In this document: positions 46,935 through 58,371 of the stretch, piece by piece
Position numbering within the stretch: position 1 is the stretch's first letter
How the letters are laid out: every line of letters begins with the position of its first letter
Assembly: GCA_042570305.1 (NCBI GenBank)
Contig: JBHPGP010000003.1
Coordinates: 14,507 to 78,506, forward strand
DNA: 64,000 bases
Reading direction: 5' to 3'
Source of the DNA: Candidatus Omnitrophota bacterium
GTDB taxonomy: Bacteria; Omnitrophota; Gorgyraeia; Gygaellales; JAHJCI01
Made by a program: the position numbers and the translations under genes
Notes under the pieces: generated by a model
Database searches by the model: none
What the model saw: the letters and a program-made list of their open reading frames with translations, nothing else
What the model was told of the DNA's origin: nothing

Positions 46935-48191
46935 GTGTTTTGGTCAAAGGTTTTTATCCCTACGTTAAAGGAAACACCGCAGGAGGCTGAATCGATTGCG
47001 CATAAGTTGATGCTGCGCTCTGGTATGATCAGGCAGCTTGTCTCCGGAGTTTATTCCTATTTACCATTGGGTTGCAGGGTATTACAGAGAATCGAGCATA
47101 TAATCCGAGAGGAAATGAATGCCTGCGGCGCTCAGGAGCTATTGCTTTCCGCTCTTCAGCCGCAAGAGATATGGTCAAGATCAGGACGCGATAAAGAGAT
47201 GGCAGAGGTAATGGTTCGTTTCCAGGACCGCCGCGGAAGAAAGCTCTGTCTAGGGCCTACCCACGAAGAGGTTATTACTGATTTGGTAAAACAGAATGTT
47301 TCCTCCTACAGGCAGCTGCCTTTGATACTTTACCAAATCCAGGTTAAGTTCCGGGATGAGATTCGCCCGCGCTTTGGCTTGGTCCGTTCCTGTGAATTCA
47401 TTATGAAGGATGCCTATAGCTTCGACCAGGATTCAGAAGGGCTTGCTGAAAACTACGAAAAGATGCTCGCGGCTTACAAGCGGATATTTAAAAGATGCGG
47501 TTTACAAGTTCTGATTGTTGAGGCAGACCCCGGAGTAATGGGAGGCAGTTTATCTCATGAATTTATGGTTCCCGCAGAAAGCGGAGAAGATATAATCATA
47601 TATTGCCAGGACTGTAAATTTACATGCAGTAAACCAGAAGGGAAAACCGCCTGCCCAAAATGTAAGAAGGCCTTGAAAAAATTAAATACCATTGAAGTCG
47701 GTCATATTTTTCAGCTGGGTACTAAATACAGTAAGATTTTCCAGGCAAATTTTCTTAACCGACAGGGCAGTTTGAGCCCTGTGATTATGGGTTGTTACGG
47801 AATAGGCGTTTCCCGCTTAATACCAGCAGTGCTAGAGCAAAACCATGACGAAGAGGGGATAATCTGGCCGCGGGAGGTTAGCCCTTTTGATGTCCTCATT
47901 CTACCCCTTGAGGTCGGCAACGAAAAGATTTATCAGGCTGCTCTGGATATGTATGAGCGTCTCAAAGAGAAGGGCCTGGAGGTCATCCTTGATGACCGCG
48001 ATGAACGCGCAGGAGTCAAATTTAAAGATGCTGATTTAACCGGTATGCCCGCTCAGGTTATCATCGGTAAGAATTTCCTTAAAGACGGCAAGGTAGAATT
48101 GAAGATGCGTAAAAGCGGGCAGTCGGAAATGGTCAATCCGGACAATATAGGACAGGCAATCGAAAGGCTGCTTTCTGCGCTTGCGGGTTAG
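46935..48191 (+). CDS. proS: Prolyl-tRNA synthetase, bacterial-type core but lacking the INS editing domain (zinc-ribbon insert instead)
   Basis: 418 aa with a GTG start. The N-terminus PTLKETPQEAESIAHKLMLRSGMIRQL matches bacterial ProRS. Only ~40 aa (containing CQDC...CPKC) lie between SHEFMV and IEVGHIFQLGTKYS, where E. coli has the ~180-aa INS domain. Confidence 0.85.
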   Translation: MFWSKVFIPTLKETPQEAESIAHKLMLRSGMIRQLVSGVYSYLPLGCRVLQRIEHIIREEMNACGAQELLLSALQPQEIWSRSGRDKEMAEVMVRFQDRRGRKLCLGPTHEEVITDLVKQNVSSYRQLPLILYQIQVKFRDEIRPRFGLVRSCEFIMKDAYSFDQDSEGLAENYEKMLAAYKRIFKRCGLQVLIVEADPGVMGGSLSHEFMVPAESGEDIIIYCQDCKFTCSKPEGKTACPKCKKALKKLNTIEVGHIFQLGTKYSKIFQANFLNRQGSLSPVIMGCYGIGVSRLIPAVLEQNHDEEGIIWPREVSPFDVLILPLEVGNEKIYQAALDMYERLKEKGLEVILDDRDERAGVKFKDADLTGMPAQVIIGKNFLKDGKVELKMRKSGQSEMVNPDNIGQAIERLLSALAG

Positions 48192-48226
48192 GAAGAGGAG
48201 AAGGGGTTTTAAAAAGGGTTTAGGGT

Positions 48227-48697
48227 ATGATCAGCCAGGAAATAGAGGATAGCATAAAGAGCTTAATTGCCCCTATTCTACAGGAGCATAATCTTAGTTT
48301 AATTGAAACAGGCCTTTCTCTTTGGGGCAGGCGCTGGACATTGAGATTATTCATCGATAAAATTAACGGAGGCATTACTCTCGATGAATGCGCTAGCCTC
48401 AATCAGAGAATCGGGGATATAATCGATAGAGAGGGTATTATAAAACATAGCTATGTCCTGGAGGTTTCTTCTCCCGGTCTGGACAGGCCGTTACGCACAT
48501 ACGAAGATTTCATCCGCTGCCTTAATCGCAGGGTAAGGGTATTTTTTGGCGAGCCCGTAGATGACAAGCATGAGGTGGGGGGGATAGTTGTTTCTGTGGG
48601 CGAAACAGGGATAGAGCTGGATTCAGGCGGTCAGGTTCGGCACATAGCATTTACACAAATCCGAAAGGCAAAGCAGGTAATAGAGGAAATCCAATGA
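48227..48697 (+). CDS. rimP: Ribosome maturation factor RimP
   Basis: 156 aa with LEVSSPGLDRPL. It has the rimP-nusA-infB synteny. Confidence 0.88.
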   Translation: MISQEIEDSIKSLIAPILQEHNLSLIETGLSLWGRRWTLRLFIDKINGGITLDECASLNQRIGDIIDREGIIKHSYVLEVSSPGLDRPLRTYEDFIRCLNRRVRVFFGEPVDDKHEVGGIVVSVGETGIELDSGGQVRHIAFTQIRKAKQVIEEIQ

Positions 48698-49851
48698 ACG
48701 GAGAAATCTTAGCGATATTAGAACAGATTGAGAGAGAAAAAGGAATAAAGAAAGAGGTTTTGGTTGTGGCGGTGGAAAGCGCGCTTTTATCCGCAGCCAA
48801 AAAGGTAATGAACCTGAATCCGGAACAGGAGCTGAAGGTAGAGATAGACCGCAATTCAGGCAAGATTAAGGCGACCTGTGACGGTCGCGTTGTCAGCTCC
48901 ATAGATTTCGGCCGTATTGCCGCCCAGACTGCCAAACAGGTGATTATGCAGAAAATTCGCGAGGCGGAAAAGGATGTTATCTTTAGCGAATTTCAGGTCA
49001 AGGTCGGGGATATCGTCAGCGGTACTGTTTATCGCTTTCAAAAGGGGACTATCATAGTTGACCTCTTGGGCAGGGCCGAGGGCATTTTGACCCGTCGCGA
49101 ACAATCACCCAAGGAAGAATTCCGCCAGGGAGAGCGTATTCGCGCTTATCTGGTTGAGGTAAAAAAGGAATCGCGCGGTCCGCAGATTATCCTATCCCGC
49201 GCCCATCCGAATTTCGTGAAGAAGCTTTTTGAATTAGAGGTACCGGAGATTTACGAAGGGATTGTGGAGATCAAGGCTATATCGCGACAACCTGGAGAAC
49301 GCACCAAGATTACGGTACACTCTAAGGATAGCAAGGTGGATTCCGTGGGTGCCTGCGTAGGCATGCGGGGCAATCGCGTAAAGAGTATTGTTAATGAGTT
49401 AAGAGGAGAGAAAATAGATATTGTGCGCTATAATGAGGATATGCGCGAATACATTTCTACTGCCCTTGCTCCGGCAAAAATTTCGGAAATCCGCCTGGAC
49501 AAGGCCAGCCTGCGCGCAGAAGTGATTGTTGACGAAGACCAGCTGTCTCTGGCTATAGGAAAGCACGGCCAGAATGTGCGTTTAGCCAGCCGCCTGGTCG
49601 GCTGGGAGCTGGATATACGCACCAAGGAGGCCATACAGGCAAAAGCAAAGGAGCAGCAGCCAGTCGAAGAAGCCTCTTTATCCCAATTAGAGGGGGTGGG
49701 GGAGAAATTGATAGATAATTTAAAGGGCGCCGGGTTTAATACCGTGCAGGATTTGCTTGCAGCCGATACAAAGAAGCTTCTTAAGATAAAGGGCATCGGT
49801 AAGGTAAAGGCAGAGAAATTAATCAAACAGGCAAAGAAGTTAGTCAAATGA
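48694..49851 (+). CDS. nusA: Transcription termination/antitermination factor NusA
   Basis: 385 aa with N-terminal, S1 and two KH domains (GACVGMRGNRV, AIGKHGQNVRLA) and a C-terminal HhH. Confidence 0.95.
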   Translation: MNGEILAILEQIEREKGIKKEVLVVAVESALLSAAKKVMNLNPEQELKVEIDRNSGKIKATCDGRVVSSIDFGRIAAQTAKQVIMQKIREAEKDVIFSEFQVKVGDIVSGTVYRFQKGTIIVDLLGRAEGILTRREQSPKEEFRQGERIRAYLVEVKKESRGPQIILSRAHPNFVKKLFELEVPEIYEGIVEIKAISRQPGERTKITVHSKDSKVDSVGACVGMRGNRVKSIVNELRGEKIDIVRYNEDMREYISTALAPAKISEIRLDKASLRAEVIVDEDQLSLAIGKHGQNVRLASRLVGWELDIRTKEAIQAKAKEQQPVEEASLSQLEGVGEKLIDNLKGAGFNTVQDLLAADTKKLLKIKGIGKVKAEKLIKQAKKLVK

Positions 49852-51977
49852 AGTCTAAAACCAAAAATCCCAAAGATTCTAAAACTCCCTCGCGTGGCGT
49901 TTCTGCCTCTGGCATAAAAAAAACCAGGAAGACTAAGGAACAGCCTAAGCAGGGCGTAGCTAAGGCCAGGCAAGCAAAAAAAACAGCCGCTAAGCCCAAA
50001 ATAACAAAGGCCCGCAAGCCCAGGGCCGGAAAGGCAGAAAGGCTTAAAAGGCCTGCCGCCACCGCAGAGCCAATCGCTGTAGAGGCAATCAAGCAAGATG
50101 CCGTTGTAGCAGTTCAGAAATCCAAAGTCAAAGAGGCAAAATCAACATCAGCTGTTCCTGTAAAGGAGGCTGCTCCTGTAAAGGAAGCGGCTCCCGCGCC
50201 AAAGCCTGCCCAGGAGCCCAAACTTAACGAGATAGAGCTTGAGTTCCCCATCTCGGTAAAAGACCTTTCTGTAAAATTACAGCTAAAACCTTCGCAGTTA
50301 ATCCAGGAATTAATGCGCATGAATATTCTAGCGACGATTAACCATCCGTTGTCGCAAGAAGAGGCTACCGCGGCTTGTGAAAAGTTCGGTTTTAGAGCAA
50401 AGTCAGCCCCGGATCAATACGAGCAGTTATTGCAGGTACACCGCAGGAAGGATTCTGCGGAATCCTTAAGCGTGCGTCCTGCGGTAGTAACCCTCATGGG
50501 TCATGTTGATCACGGCAAGACCTCTTTATTGGATATTATCAGGAAGACACATATCGTCGATGCTGAGCATGGAGGCATAACGCAGCATATCGGGGCCTAT
50601 GAGGTTACTTTATCAAAAGGAAAGATTACATTCCTGGATACGCCGGGGCACGAGGCGTTTACCGCGATGCGTTCCAGGGGGGCGCATATTACCGACATCG
50701 TGGTTCTGGTAGTAGCTGCCGATGACGGGGTAATGCCCCAGACGGTTGAGGCAATTGACCATGCCCGGGCAGCCGGAGTCCCGATTATTGTGGCAATAAA
50801 TAAGATCGATAAGCCGCAGGTGGATCTTGAGCGGGTCAAGAAACAGCTCAGTCAGTTGGGGCTGACTCCGGAAGACTGGCAGGGCAAGACCATTACGGTG
50901 GGGGTATCTGCCAAAAGCGGAGAGGGCGTAGATGCATTATTAGAGATGATTCTCCTGGAAGCAGAAATGCTGGAATTAAAGGCAAACTATGACAGGCCGG
51001 CTTTCGGGGTGGTAATCGAGTCCCGGCATGATAAAAACCGCGGGCCTCTGGCGACATTGCTTGTGCAAAACGGAACCTTACACCTAAATGATAACCTCGT
51101 TCTGGGTTCGGTGAACGCCAAAATAAAGGCAATGTTTGATGACCGTGGCCAGAGGGTTCAGGATGCTCCGCCAGCTACTCCGGTTGAGGTCCTGGGATTG
51201 ACCGGCATGCCGCAGGTAGGCCAAGAATTTTTTGTTGTTGCTGACGAGAAGCAGGCAAAAGACCTGCTTGCACTGCGAAAGGCACAGGACAGGCAGCGCA
51301 AGATTCAGCCGGTAAAGCGAATATCCCTGGAGGATTTACACTCGGAGATTAAAGAAGGAAAGATTAAGGAGTTGAAAATAATTATCAAGGCAGATGTAAC
51401 CGGCTCCCTGGAAGCGGTACGGGACAGCCTGGAAAAATTAGAGATTTCCGAGGTAAAATTCCAGATTATCCACGCCGGCATCGGACCGATAAATGCTTCA
51501 GACGCGATGCTGGCAAGCGTTACCAACGCATTTATTCTGGGTTTTCACGTTCAGCCGGATGAGCGGGCAAAGGAGCTAATTGAGAAGGAAGAAATAGAAA
51601 CCAGGACTTATAACATCATCTATGAGTTAATCCAAGAGTTAAAAGCCGCCCTGGAGGGCTTGCTTGAGCCGAAAATAAAAAAGGTTTTCTTGGGCAGGGC
51701 GGAAATACGCAAGGTCTTTAAGCTTTCGCGCTCCGGCATAGTAGCGGGTTGCTGGGTAGTAAAAGGGAAAATCTTGCGTTCTGCCTCAGCCAGTTTAATC
51801 CGGGACAGCCAGGTTATTTTTGAGGGGAAGATCGCAAACCTTAAACGCTTCAAGGATGACGTGCGTGAGGTTGCCGCGGGCTTTGAATGTGGAATTTCCT
51901 TAGCCGGTTTTGACGATTATCAGGAAGGCGATGTCATCGAGGCTTATGACATTCAAAAGATCGCCAGGAAACTTTAA
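49848..51977 (+). CDS. infB: Translation initiation factor IF-2
   Basis: 709 aa with a Lys/Ala/Pro-rich N-terminus and the G domain [24 protein letters not shown]. Confidence 0.95.
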   Translation: MKSKTKNPKDSKTPSRGVSASGIKKTRKTKEQPKQGVAKARQAKKTAAKPKITKARKPRAGKAERLKRPAATAEPIAVEAIKQDAVVAVQKSKVKEAKSTSAVPVKEAAPVKEAAPAPKPAQEPKLNEIELEFPISVKDLSVKLQLKPSQLIQELMRMNILATINHPLSQEEATAACEKFGFRAKSAPDQYEQLLQVHRRKDSAESLSVRPAVVTLMGHVDHGKTSLLDIIRKTHIVDAEHGGITQHIGAYEVTLSKGKITFLDTPGHEAFTAMRSRGAHITDIVVLVVAADDGVMPQTVEAIDHARAAGVPIIVAINKIDKPQVDLERVKKQLSQLGLTPEDWQGKTITVGVSAKSGEGVDALLEMILLEAEMLELKANYDRPAFGVVIESRHDKNRGPLATLLVQNGTLHLNDNLVLGSVNAKIKAMFDDRGQRVQDAPPATPVEVLGLTGMPQVGQEFFVVADEKQAKDLLALRKAQDRQRKIQPVKRISLEDLHSEIKEGKIKELKIIIKADVTGSLEAVRDSLEKLEISEVKFQIIHAGIGPINASDAMLASVTNAFILGFHVQPDERAKELIEKEEIETRTYNIIYELIQELKAALEGLLEPKIKKVFLGRAEIRKVFKLSRSGIVAGCWVVKGKILRSASASLIRDSQVIFEGKIANLKRFKDDVREVAAGFECGISLAGFDDYQEGDVIEAYDIQKIARKL

Positions 51978-52970
51978 ATGCGCAATCGTATACTAAGCGG
52001 GATGCGTCCAACAGGCAAGTTGCACCTGGGTCATTTGGTAGGGGCGTTGAATAACTGGGTGAAGTTACAGGATAACTATGAATGCCTATTCATGGTTGCA
52101 GACTGGCATGCCCTGATGAGCGAATATGAATCTCCATCGGTAATCTCTGAGTCAATTCTGGATAACCTTACTGACTGGCTGGCAGCGGGAATTGACCCGG
52201 AAAAATCGATTATTTTTGTTCAGTCTGAGGTACCAGAACACCTGGAATTATATATGATTTTCTCCTGTCTTACTCCCCTGGGGTGGCTTGAGCGTTGCCC
52301 GACTTATAAAGAGCAGCTCAGGCAGCTTTCCAGCCGCAATATAAAAACCTACGGTTTTCTCGGGTATCCTGTTTTACAAGCTGCCGATATCTTATTGTAT
52401 AAAGCAAACAGGGTACCGGTAGGGGAGGATCAGCTTCCTCATCTTGAGTTGGCGCGTGAGATCGGCAGAAAGTTCAATGGCATATACGGGAAAAAAACCT
52501 TTCCCGATCCGCAGGCGCTGCTTACTAATTTACCCCGGCTTTTAGGCCTGGATAACCGCAAGATGAGTAAGAGCCTGAACAATACGATTAATCTTTCAGA
52601 CAGCCCGGAAGTGATCAAAAAGAAGGTTGGGGGGATGGTGACTGACCCCAAGAGGATAAAGCTTAAAGACCCTGGCCATCCCAATGATTGCAACGTTTTC
52701 AGTTATTATAAGGTGTTTGTTCCGGAAAAAGAAAAGGAAGTCTATGCCTGGTGCACCAATGCCGGTAAGGGGTGCACGGAATGCAAGGCGATTCTTGCGG
52801 AGGGGCTAATCCTGCTCCTTAAGCCTCACCAGGAAAAGAGGATGCTCTGGGCTGATAATCAGGCAGGCTTAAGGGAAGTGCTAAGGCTCGGACGCCAACG
52901 CGCCCGGGAAATATCCGGACACACCATTGCGGAGATCAAAAAAATAACCGGCATGAGCCCACTGTCATGA
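51978..52970 (+). CDS. trpS: Tryptophanyl-tRNA synthetase
   Basis: 330 aa with class I HIGH (KLHLGH) and KMSKS motifs and the GxDQ motif (VGEDQ). Confidence 0.93.
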   Translation: MRNRILSGMRPTGKLHLGHLVGALNNWVKLQDNYECLFMVADWHALMSEYESPSVISESILDNLTDWLAAGIDPEKSIIFVQSEVPEHLELYMIFSCLTPLGWLERCPTYKEQLRQLSSRNIKTYGFLGYPVLQAADILLYKANRVPVGEDQLPHLELAREIGRKFNGIYGKKTFPDPQALLTNLPRLLGLDNRKMSKSLNNTINLSDSPEVIKKKVGGMVTDPKRIKLKDPGHPNDCNVFSYYKVFVPEKEKEVYAWCTNAGKGCTECKAILAEGLILLLKPHQEKRMLWADNQAGLREVLRLGRQRAREISGHTIAEIKKITGMSPLS

Positions 52971-53713
52971 GATATAAGATTAAACTGGATATATTCGAGG
53001 GTCCGTTGGACCTGCTTTTATATTTTGTCAAAAAGGACCACCTGAATATTTATGATATTCCCATCGCCCAGGTTACCGAGCAGTATCTGGCTTATCTGGA
53101 ATTGATGCGGCTCCTGGACTTGAATATCGCAGGAGAATTTCTGGTTATGGCCGCCACACTCATGCAAATTAAATCCCGGATGCTGCTACCCAGCGACGGG
53201 ACAAGCACAGAGGAGGGCGATGAGCTTGACCCGCGCCAGGAGTTGGTTCAGAGATTATTAGAATACCAGCGCTTCAAAGAGGTTGCCTCTGAGCTAAGGC
53301 AAAGAGAGCAGAAGCAGCGGCAGCATTTCATCCGCAGGAATATTCCTACCGAGATTAAAGAGCAACCGGAAGAGGTGTATTTCGAGGCGAGCATTTTTGA
53401 TTTGATTAACGCCTTTACGCAAGCGCTCAAAAACGATCAAGTGCCCCGGGAGCTATTTTATGAGGTCATCAAGGACGAGTTTAACGTGGACCAGAAGATC
53501 CACGATATCCTGCATTTATTGCTCAATCAGGAGGCTTTAATTTTGAATCAACTTTTTAGTCAGAGCAAAAACAAACTTGAGATAATCGTTACCTTTCTGG
53601 CAGTGCTGGAGTTAATCCGCCTGAAAGAGATCATTGTCCGTCAGAAGGGGCTCTTCGGAGAGGTTGAGATTATCAGGAACCTGAACAATATCGTTGCTTA
53701 TGAGCGAAAATAA
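52967..53713 (+). CDS. scpA: Segregation and condensation protein A
   Basis: 248 aa with FEGPLDLLLYFVKK...YDIPIAQVTEQY, the typical ScpA N-terminus. Confidence 0.88.
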   Translation: MRYKIKLDIFEGPLDLLLYFVKKDHLNIYDIPIAQVTEQYLAYLELMRLLDLNIAGEFLVMAATLMQIKSRMLLPSDGTSTEEGDELDPRQELVQRLLEYQRFKEVASELRQREQKQRQHFIRRNIPTEIKEQPEEVYFEASIFDLINAFTQALKNDQVPRELFYEVIKDEFNVDQKIHDILHLLLNQEALILNQLFSQSKNKLEIIVTFLAVLELIRLKEIIVRQKGLFGEVEIIRNLNNIVAYERK

Positions 53714-54785
53714 GAAGTGGCTGAATAGGAAGGTTCAAGGCAAGGATGTACTTAAGCAGGCGTCCCAGCAGAGCTTCAGGGAGGATGTCCAGGAGACCGA
53801 TGACGATGCGATTTTTAATATCTCGCTTCGGCCCCGCACGCTCAATGAATTCATCGGCCAGGCAGATGCTGTTTCTAATCTTAAGGTGGTCATCTCCGCG
53901 GCAAAGCAAAGGGGCGAGCCTCTGGAGCATGTTCTCTTAAGCGGCCCTCCGGGATTAGGCAAGACCTCTTTAGCCCATATCATTGCCCGCGAGATGGGCT
54001 CGAAGATAACCGCAACCTCAGGTCCGGCTGTGGAACGGGCAGGCGACCTTATCGGTATATTAACTAATTTAGAAAAGAACGATGTGCTTTTCGTAGACGA
54101 AATTCACCGTCTCTCCAAGGTAGTTGAGGAATTTCTTTACCCGGCAATGGAGAATTTTCAGATTGATTTTGTGATTGATAAAGGGCCTTATGCTAAGACA
54201 ATAAAATTTAATCTTAAGCAGTTTACGCTTGTGGGCGCAACTACCCGTAGCGGACTGCTTTCTGCTCCTCTGCGTGGCAGATTCGGCATGTTTTACCACC
54301 TGGATTTCTACGGCCCAGAGGAATTATCTTTGATCGTTGGCAACTCGGCAAGGCAATTAGGCATTAGGATTGACCGTGCTGCCTCTTTTGAGATTGCCAA
54401 GCGTTCACGCGGGACTCCGCGGGTAGCCAACCGCTTATTAAGGAGGGTTAGGGATTATGCCCAGGTTGATAAGAGGGATAAGATTGATGCCGAATTGGTA
54501 GCAGGCGCCACCAGGTCACTGGGGATTGACCAGGGAGGACTCGATGAGATTGACCGTCGCTTCCTCAAGGTTATCCTGGAGCATTATGCAGGCGGGCCGG
54601 TGGGGATAGAGGCGCTGGCAGCCAGTCTTAACGAAGACGCAGGCACGATCATTGATACGATTGAGCCGTATTTGTTAAAGGCAGGGTATTTGAAGCGGAC
54701 TTCCCGGGGGAGAGCGGCCACAGAGCAGGCCTTCAGGCATTTAGGATTCGATTATTCAAAAGAGAAACAAGAGGAATTGTTTTAA
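53700..54785 (+). CDS. ruvB: Holliday junction branch migration helicase RuvB
   Basis: LRPRTLNEFIGQ, Walker A GPPGLGKTS, DEIHRL and TRSG motifs are present. ATG 53700 is preferred over TTG 53694. Confidence 0.93.
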   Translation: MSENKKWLNRKVQGKDVLKQASQQSFREDVQETDDDAIFNISLRPRTLNEFIGQADAVSNLKVVISAAKQRGEPLEHVLLSGPPGLGKTSLAHIIAREMGSKITATSGPAVERAGDLIGILTNLEKNDVLFVDEIHRLSKVVEEFLYPAMENFQIDFVIDKGPYAKTIKFNLKQFTLVGATTRSGLLSAPLRGRFGMFYHLDFYGPEELSLIVGNSARQLGIRIDRAASFEIAKRSRGTPRVANRLLRRVRDYAQVDKRDKIDAELVAGATRSLGIDQGGLDEIDRRFLKVILEHYAGGPVGIEALAASLNEDAGTIIDTIEPYLLKAGYLKRTSRGRAATEQAFRHLGFDYSKEKQEELF

Positions 54786-55000
54786 TGCAGTTTCTGGGCA
54801 GGGCCTTAATCATCTCCGGACTATTACTGGTTGTTTTCGGAGTATTATTTTCTTTTTTTGGCAAGATTCCTCTTTTAGGAAAACTGCCTGGCGATATCCA
54901 CATCGAAAAGAAGAATTTTACTTTTTATTTTCCTTTAGCCAGCTGTGTGCTGATTAGCTTATTTCTGACCTTGTTTTTCTGGCTTTTTCCCCGCCGTTAA
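54785..55000 (+). CDS. DUF2905 family small membrane protein
   Basis: 71 aa with two TM helices flanking GKLPGDIHIEKKNFTFYFP. This small gene is commonly found after ruvB. Confidence 0.7.
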   Translation: MQFLGRALIISGLLLVVFGVLFSFFGKIPLLGKLPGDIHIEKKNFTFYFPLASCVLISLFLTLFFWLFPRR

Positions 55001-55022
55001 TGTTTACACTTTCTAAAGTCTA

Positions 55023-55079
55023 GGGACATCCTTTTAGCCAATCGGGAGTCTGGCACGGAGCCAATCGTCAGTGTGTCCC
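55023..55079 (+). repeat. CCAATCGG-core palindromic element, copy d (full length)
   Basis: Sequence: GGGACATCCTTTTAGCCAATCGGGAGTCTGGCACGGAGCCAATCGTCAGTGTGTCCC. It is collinear with copy c and lies between the DUF2905 gene and tgt. Confidence 0.85.
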
Positions 55080-55088
55080 TGTTTATGA

Positions 55089-56210
<1,122 letters not shown>

Positions 56211-56249
56211 TTTGCTTATTCATTTAATCCTTATAACTTATCTAGTTCC

Positions 56250-56951
56250 ATGCGCATAGATATTCTTACGATATTCCCCAAAATGTTTAAACCCATATTG
56301 AATGAGTCCATCGTCAGGCGCGCGCAGGCAAAGGGCAAAGTGAGTATCTTCGTACACGACCTGCGGGATTTCTCTCCTGATAAGCATCGTAAGGTCGATG
56401 ACCGTCCTTTTGGCGGAGGTCCCGGGATGGTTATGCGGCCGGAGCCTATTTTTAACGCAATTAAATATATCAGCAAAAAAAGGCAAGGCACTAAAGGGCA
56501 GGCAAAAAAGGGCTTGAAGGTTGTTATGCTCACGCCGCGCGGCCGAAGGTTAGATCAGGGGATTGCCAAACAATTGGCGCGGTCGAGCCGGCTGGTTCTC
56601 ATCTGCGGGCATTATGAGGGGATAGATGAAAGGGTAAAGAAAGGCCTGGTTGACCAGGAGATATCGATTGGTGATTATGTGCTTACCGGAGGAGAACTGC
56701 CGGCAATGGTAGTTGTTGATTGTATCGTCCGCCTGATTCCCGGGGTCCTGGGAGAAAAAAATTCCTTGCATTTTGAGTCATTTGAAGGTAATTTATTAGA
56801 ATATCCTCAGTATACAAGGCCAGCAGACTATAGAGGCATGAGGGTTCCTGCCGTACTTGTATCCGGTAACCACAAAAGAATAGAGCGTTGGAAGCAGGCT
56901 CAGGCGTTTGAGGCTACAAAAAAGAGAAGGCCTGATCTTTTGGGTACGTAA
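56250..56951 (+). CDS. trmD: tRNA (guanine37-N1)-methyltransferase
   Basis: 233 aa with IDILTIFP, DDRPFGGGPGMVM and GHYEGIDERV motifs. Confidence 0.94.
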   Translation: MRIDILTIFPKMFKPILNESIVRRAQAKGKVSIFVHDLRDFSPDKHRKVDDRPFGGGPGMVMRPEPIFNAIKYISKKRQGTKGQAKKGLKVVMLTPRGRRLDQGIAKQLARSSRLVLICGHYEGIDERVKKGLVDQEISIGDYVLTGGELPAMVVVDCIVRLIPGVLGEKNSLHFESFEGNLLEYPQYTRPADYRGMRVPAVLVSGNHKRIERWKQAQAFEATKKRRPDLLGT

Positions 56952-56998
56952 GTGTGTGTAACGCATAATTAATAACTCCCCAGCGAAGCGAGGGCAAG

Positions 56999-57331
56999 AT
57001 GGATAAGCTAAAATTGATTGAACAGGAATACACAAAAAAAGAATTACCTGATTTTAAGGTCGGTGACAGTATCAGGGTTATGTCCAGGATTCTGGAAGGG
57101 GATAAGGTTCGCCTTCATCCCTTTGAGGGCGTGGTAATCGCTAAAAAGGGCAAGGGCTTAAGGAGCAGCTTCACGGTAAGGAAGATTTCTTACGGCGAAG
57201 GCGTGGAGCGCGTCTTTCCTGCTTATTCACCTAACATCGAAAGCGTCACAGTTGTTCATAGGGGCAAGGCAAAACGGGCAAAACTCTATTATTTAAGGGG
57301 GCGTACTGGCAAGGCTGCAACCAAGGTCTAA
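56999..57331 (+). CDS. rplS: 50S ribosomal protein L19
   Basis: 110 aa with FKVGDSIRV...[10 protein letters not shown]...FTVRKIS. It has the trmD-rplS synteny. Confidence 0.95.
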   Translation: MDKLKLIEQEYTKKELPDFKVGDSIRVMSRILEGDKVRLHPFEGVVIAKKGKGLRSSFTVRKISYGEGVERVFPAYSPNIESVTVVHRGKAKRAKLYYLRGRTGKAATKV

Positions 57332-57954
57332 TGGCCGACTTCGCCATAGAAAACAGGCTAAAAAAGAAGGGCTTTGATTTAATCATCGGCGTCGACGAAG
57401 CCGGGCGCGGTCCGCTGGCTGGTCCGGTGGTGGCCGGGGCAGTGTGCCTTGCGACCAGCCGTTTTAAAAACCGCATTGACGATTCCAAGAAACTCAGCGC
57501 TAACCAGAGAGAGAACGCCTTCCTTGAGATTATTCAAAAATCCACATTTTCCTTAGGCGTGGTTGACGAAAAGGTAATCGATTCATCGAATATCTTAAGC
57601 GCTACGCGTTTGTGCATGGAAAAGGCAATACGCTCGCTGCTGAAAAAGATAGTCCGTCGCAAGATATGCATTATTGTTGACGGTAACCCCGGATTAGGCA
57701 TATACGATTACCCTGTTTTTTATATAGTCGGCGGCGATGCAAAGTCAAAGACGATAGCCTGTGCTTCTATTCTTGCCAAGGTAAGCCGTGACCGGATAAT
57801 GTCTTTATATGACCGGGTCTGGCCGGAGTATGGATTCTTAAGGCACAATGGTTATCCGACAGACTCACACCGCCAGGCACTGGAGCAATTCGGACCCTGT
57901 CCGGTTCATCGCCTGAGTTTTAGCTATGCCAACAGCAAATCGCGTTATAACTGA
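57331..57954 (+). CDS. rnhB: Ribonuclease HII
   Basis: 207 aa with GVDEAGRGPLAGPVVAGAV and DSKKLS motifs. There is a 1-nt TAATG overlap with rplS. Confidence 0.93.
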   Translation: MADFAIENRLKKKGFDLIIGVDEAGRGPLAGPVVAGAVCLATSRFKNRIDDSKKLSANQRENAFLEIIQKSTFSLGVVDEKVIDSSNILSATRLCMEKAIRSLLKKIVRRKICIIVDGNPGLGIYDYPVFYIVGGDAKSKTIACASILAKVSRDRIMSLYDRVWPEYGFLRHNGYPTDSHRQALEQFGPCPVHRLSFSYANSKSRYN

Positions 57955-58354
57955 TTCCGGGATTAAACCTTTCAGTGTTGAAAATAGAGCAAGCTTAGGA
58001 CGCAGGGCAGAAAAGGCAGCGGTTAATTTCCTGCGCAGCAACGGTTACGGCATAATTCAAACTGATTACCGCGTAAGAGCGGGCCAGATTGATATTATTG
58101 CCAGGGATAAAAATACTATCTGTTTTGTAGAGGTAAAGGCAAGACGCTCTGCAAGGTTTGGCAGTCCAGGTGAGGCAGTAGAGGCTGCTAAGCAACGCAA
58201 GATTTCGAAGGTCGCCTTGATGTTTCTTAAGCAGCAGAAGTTGCTTAATTCTCCGGCGCGTTTCGATGTAGTATCGATTAGCTATTTCCAGACACAGCCC
58301 GCAATAAGATTGATTAAGAATGCTTTTAATCTGGATTCCCGCTACCTGTACTAA
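57926..58354 (+). CDS. yraN: YraN family (UPF0102) endonuclease-like protein
   Basis: 142 aa with GEIDIIA-like QIDIIARD...CFVEVKAR and the RFDVV motif. It follows rnhB as in many genomes. Confidence 0.8.
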   Translation: MPTANRVITDSGIKPFSVENRASLGRRAEKAAVNFLRSNGYGIIQTDYRVRAGQIDIIARDKNTICFVEVKARRSARFGSPGEAVEAAKQRKISKVALMFLKQQKLLNSPARFDVVSISYFQTQPAIRLIKNAFNLDSRYLY

Positions 58355-58371
58355 ACAAAGGGGGAACAAGT

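Noticed and set aside
49428-50096. 222-aa ORF on the - strand spanning the nusA/infB junction (also 49844-50092, 82 aa)
   Set aside because: It is antisense to two confidently identified genes. Its Leu/Ser/Phe/Gly/Cys-rich low-complexity sequence is what the complement of Lys/Ala/Glu-rich IF-2 N-terminal codons yields. It has no RBS and no recognisable motifs.
50157-50192. 18-bp tandem repeat CCTGTAAAGGA(G/A)GC(T/G)GCT encoding PVKEAA x2 in infB
   Set aside because: This is ordinary low-complexity expansion in the non-conserved IF-2 N-terminal region. It is not a separate feature.
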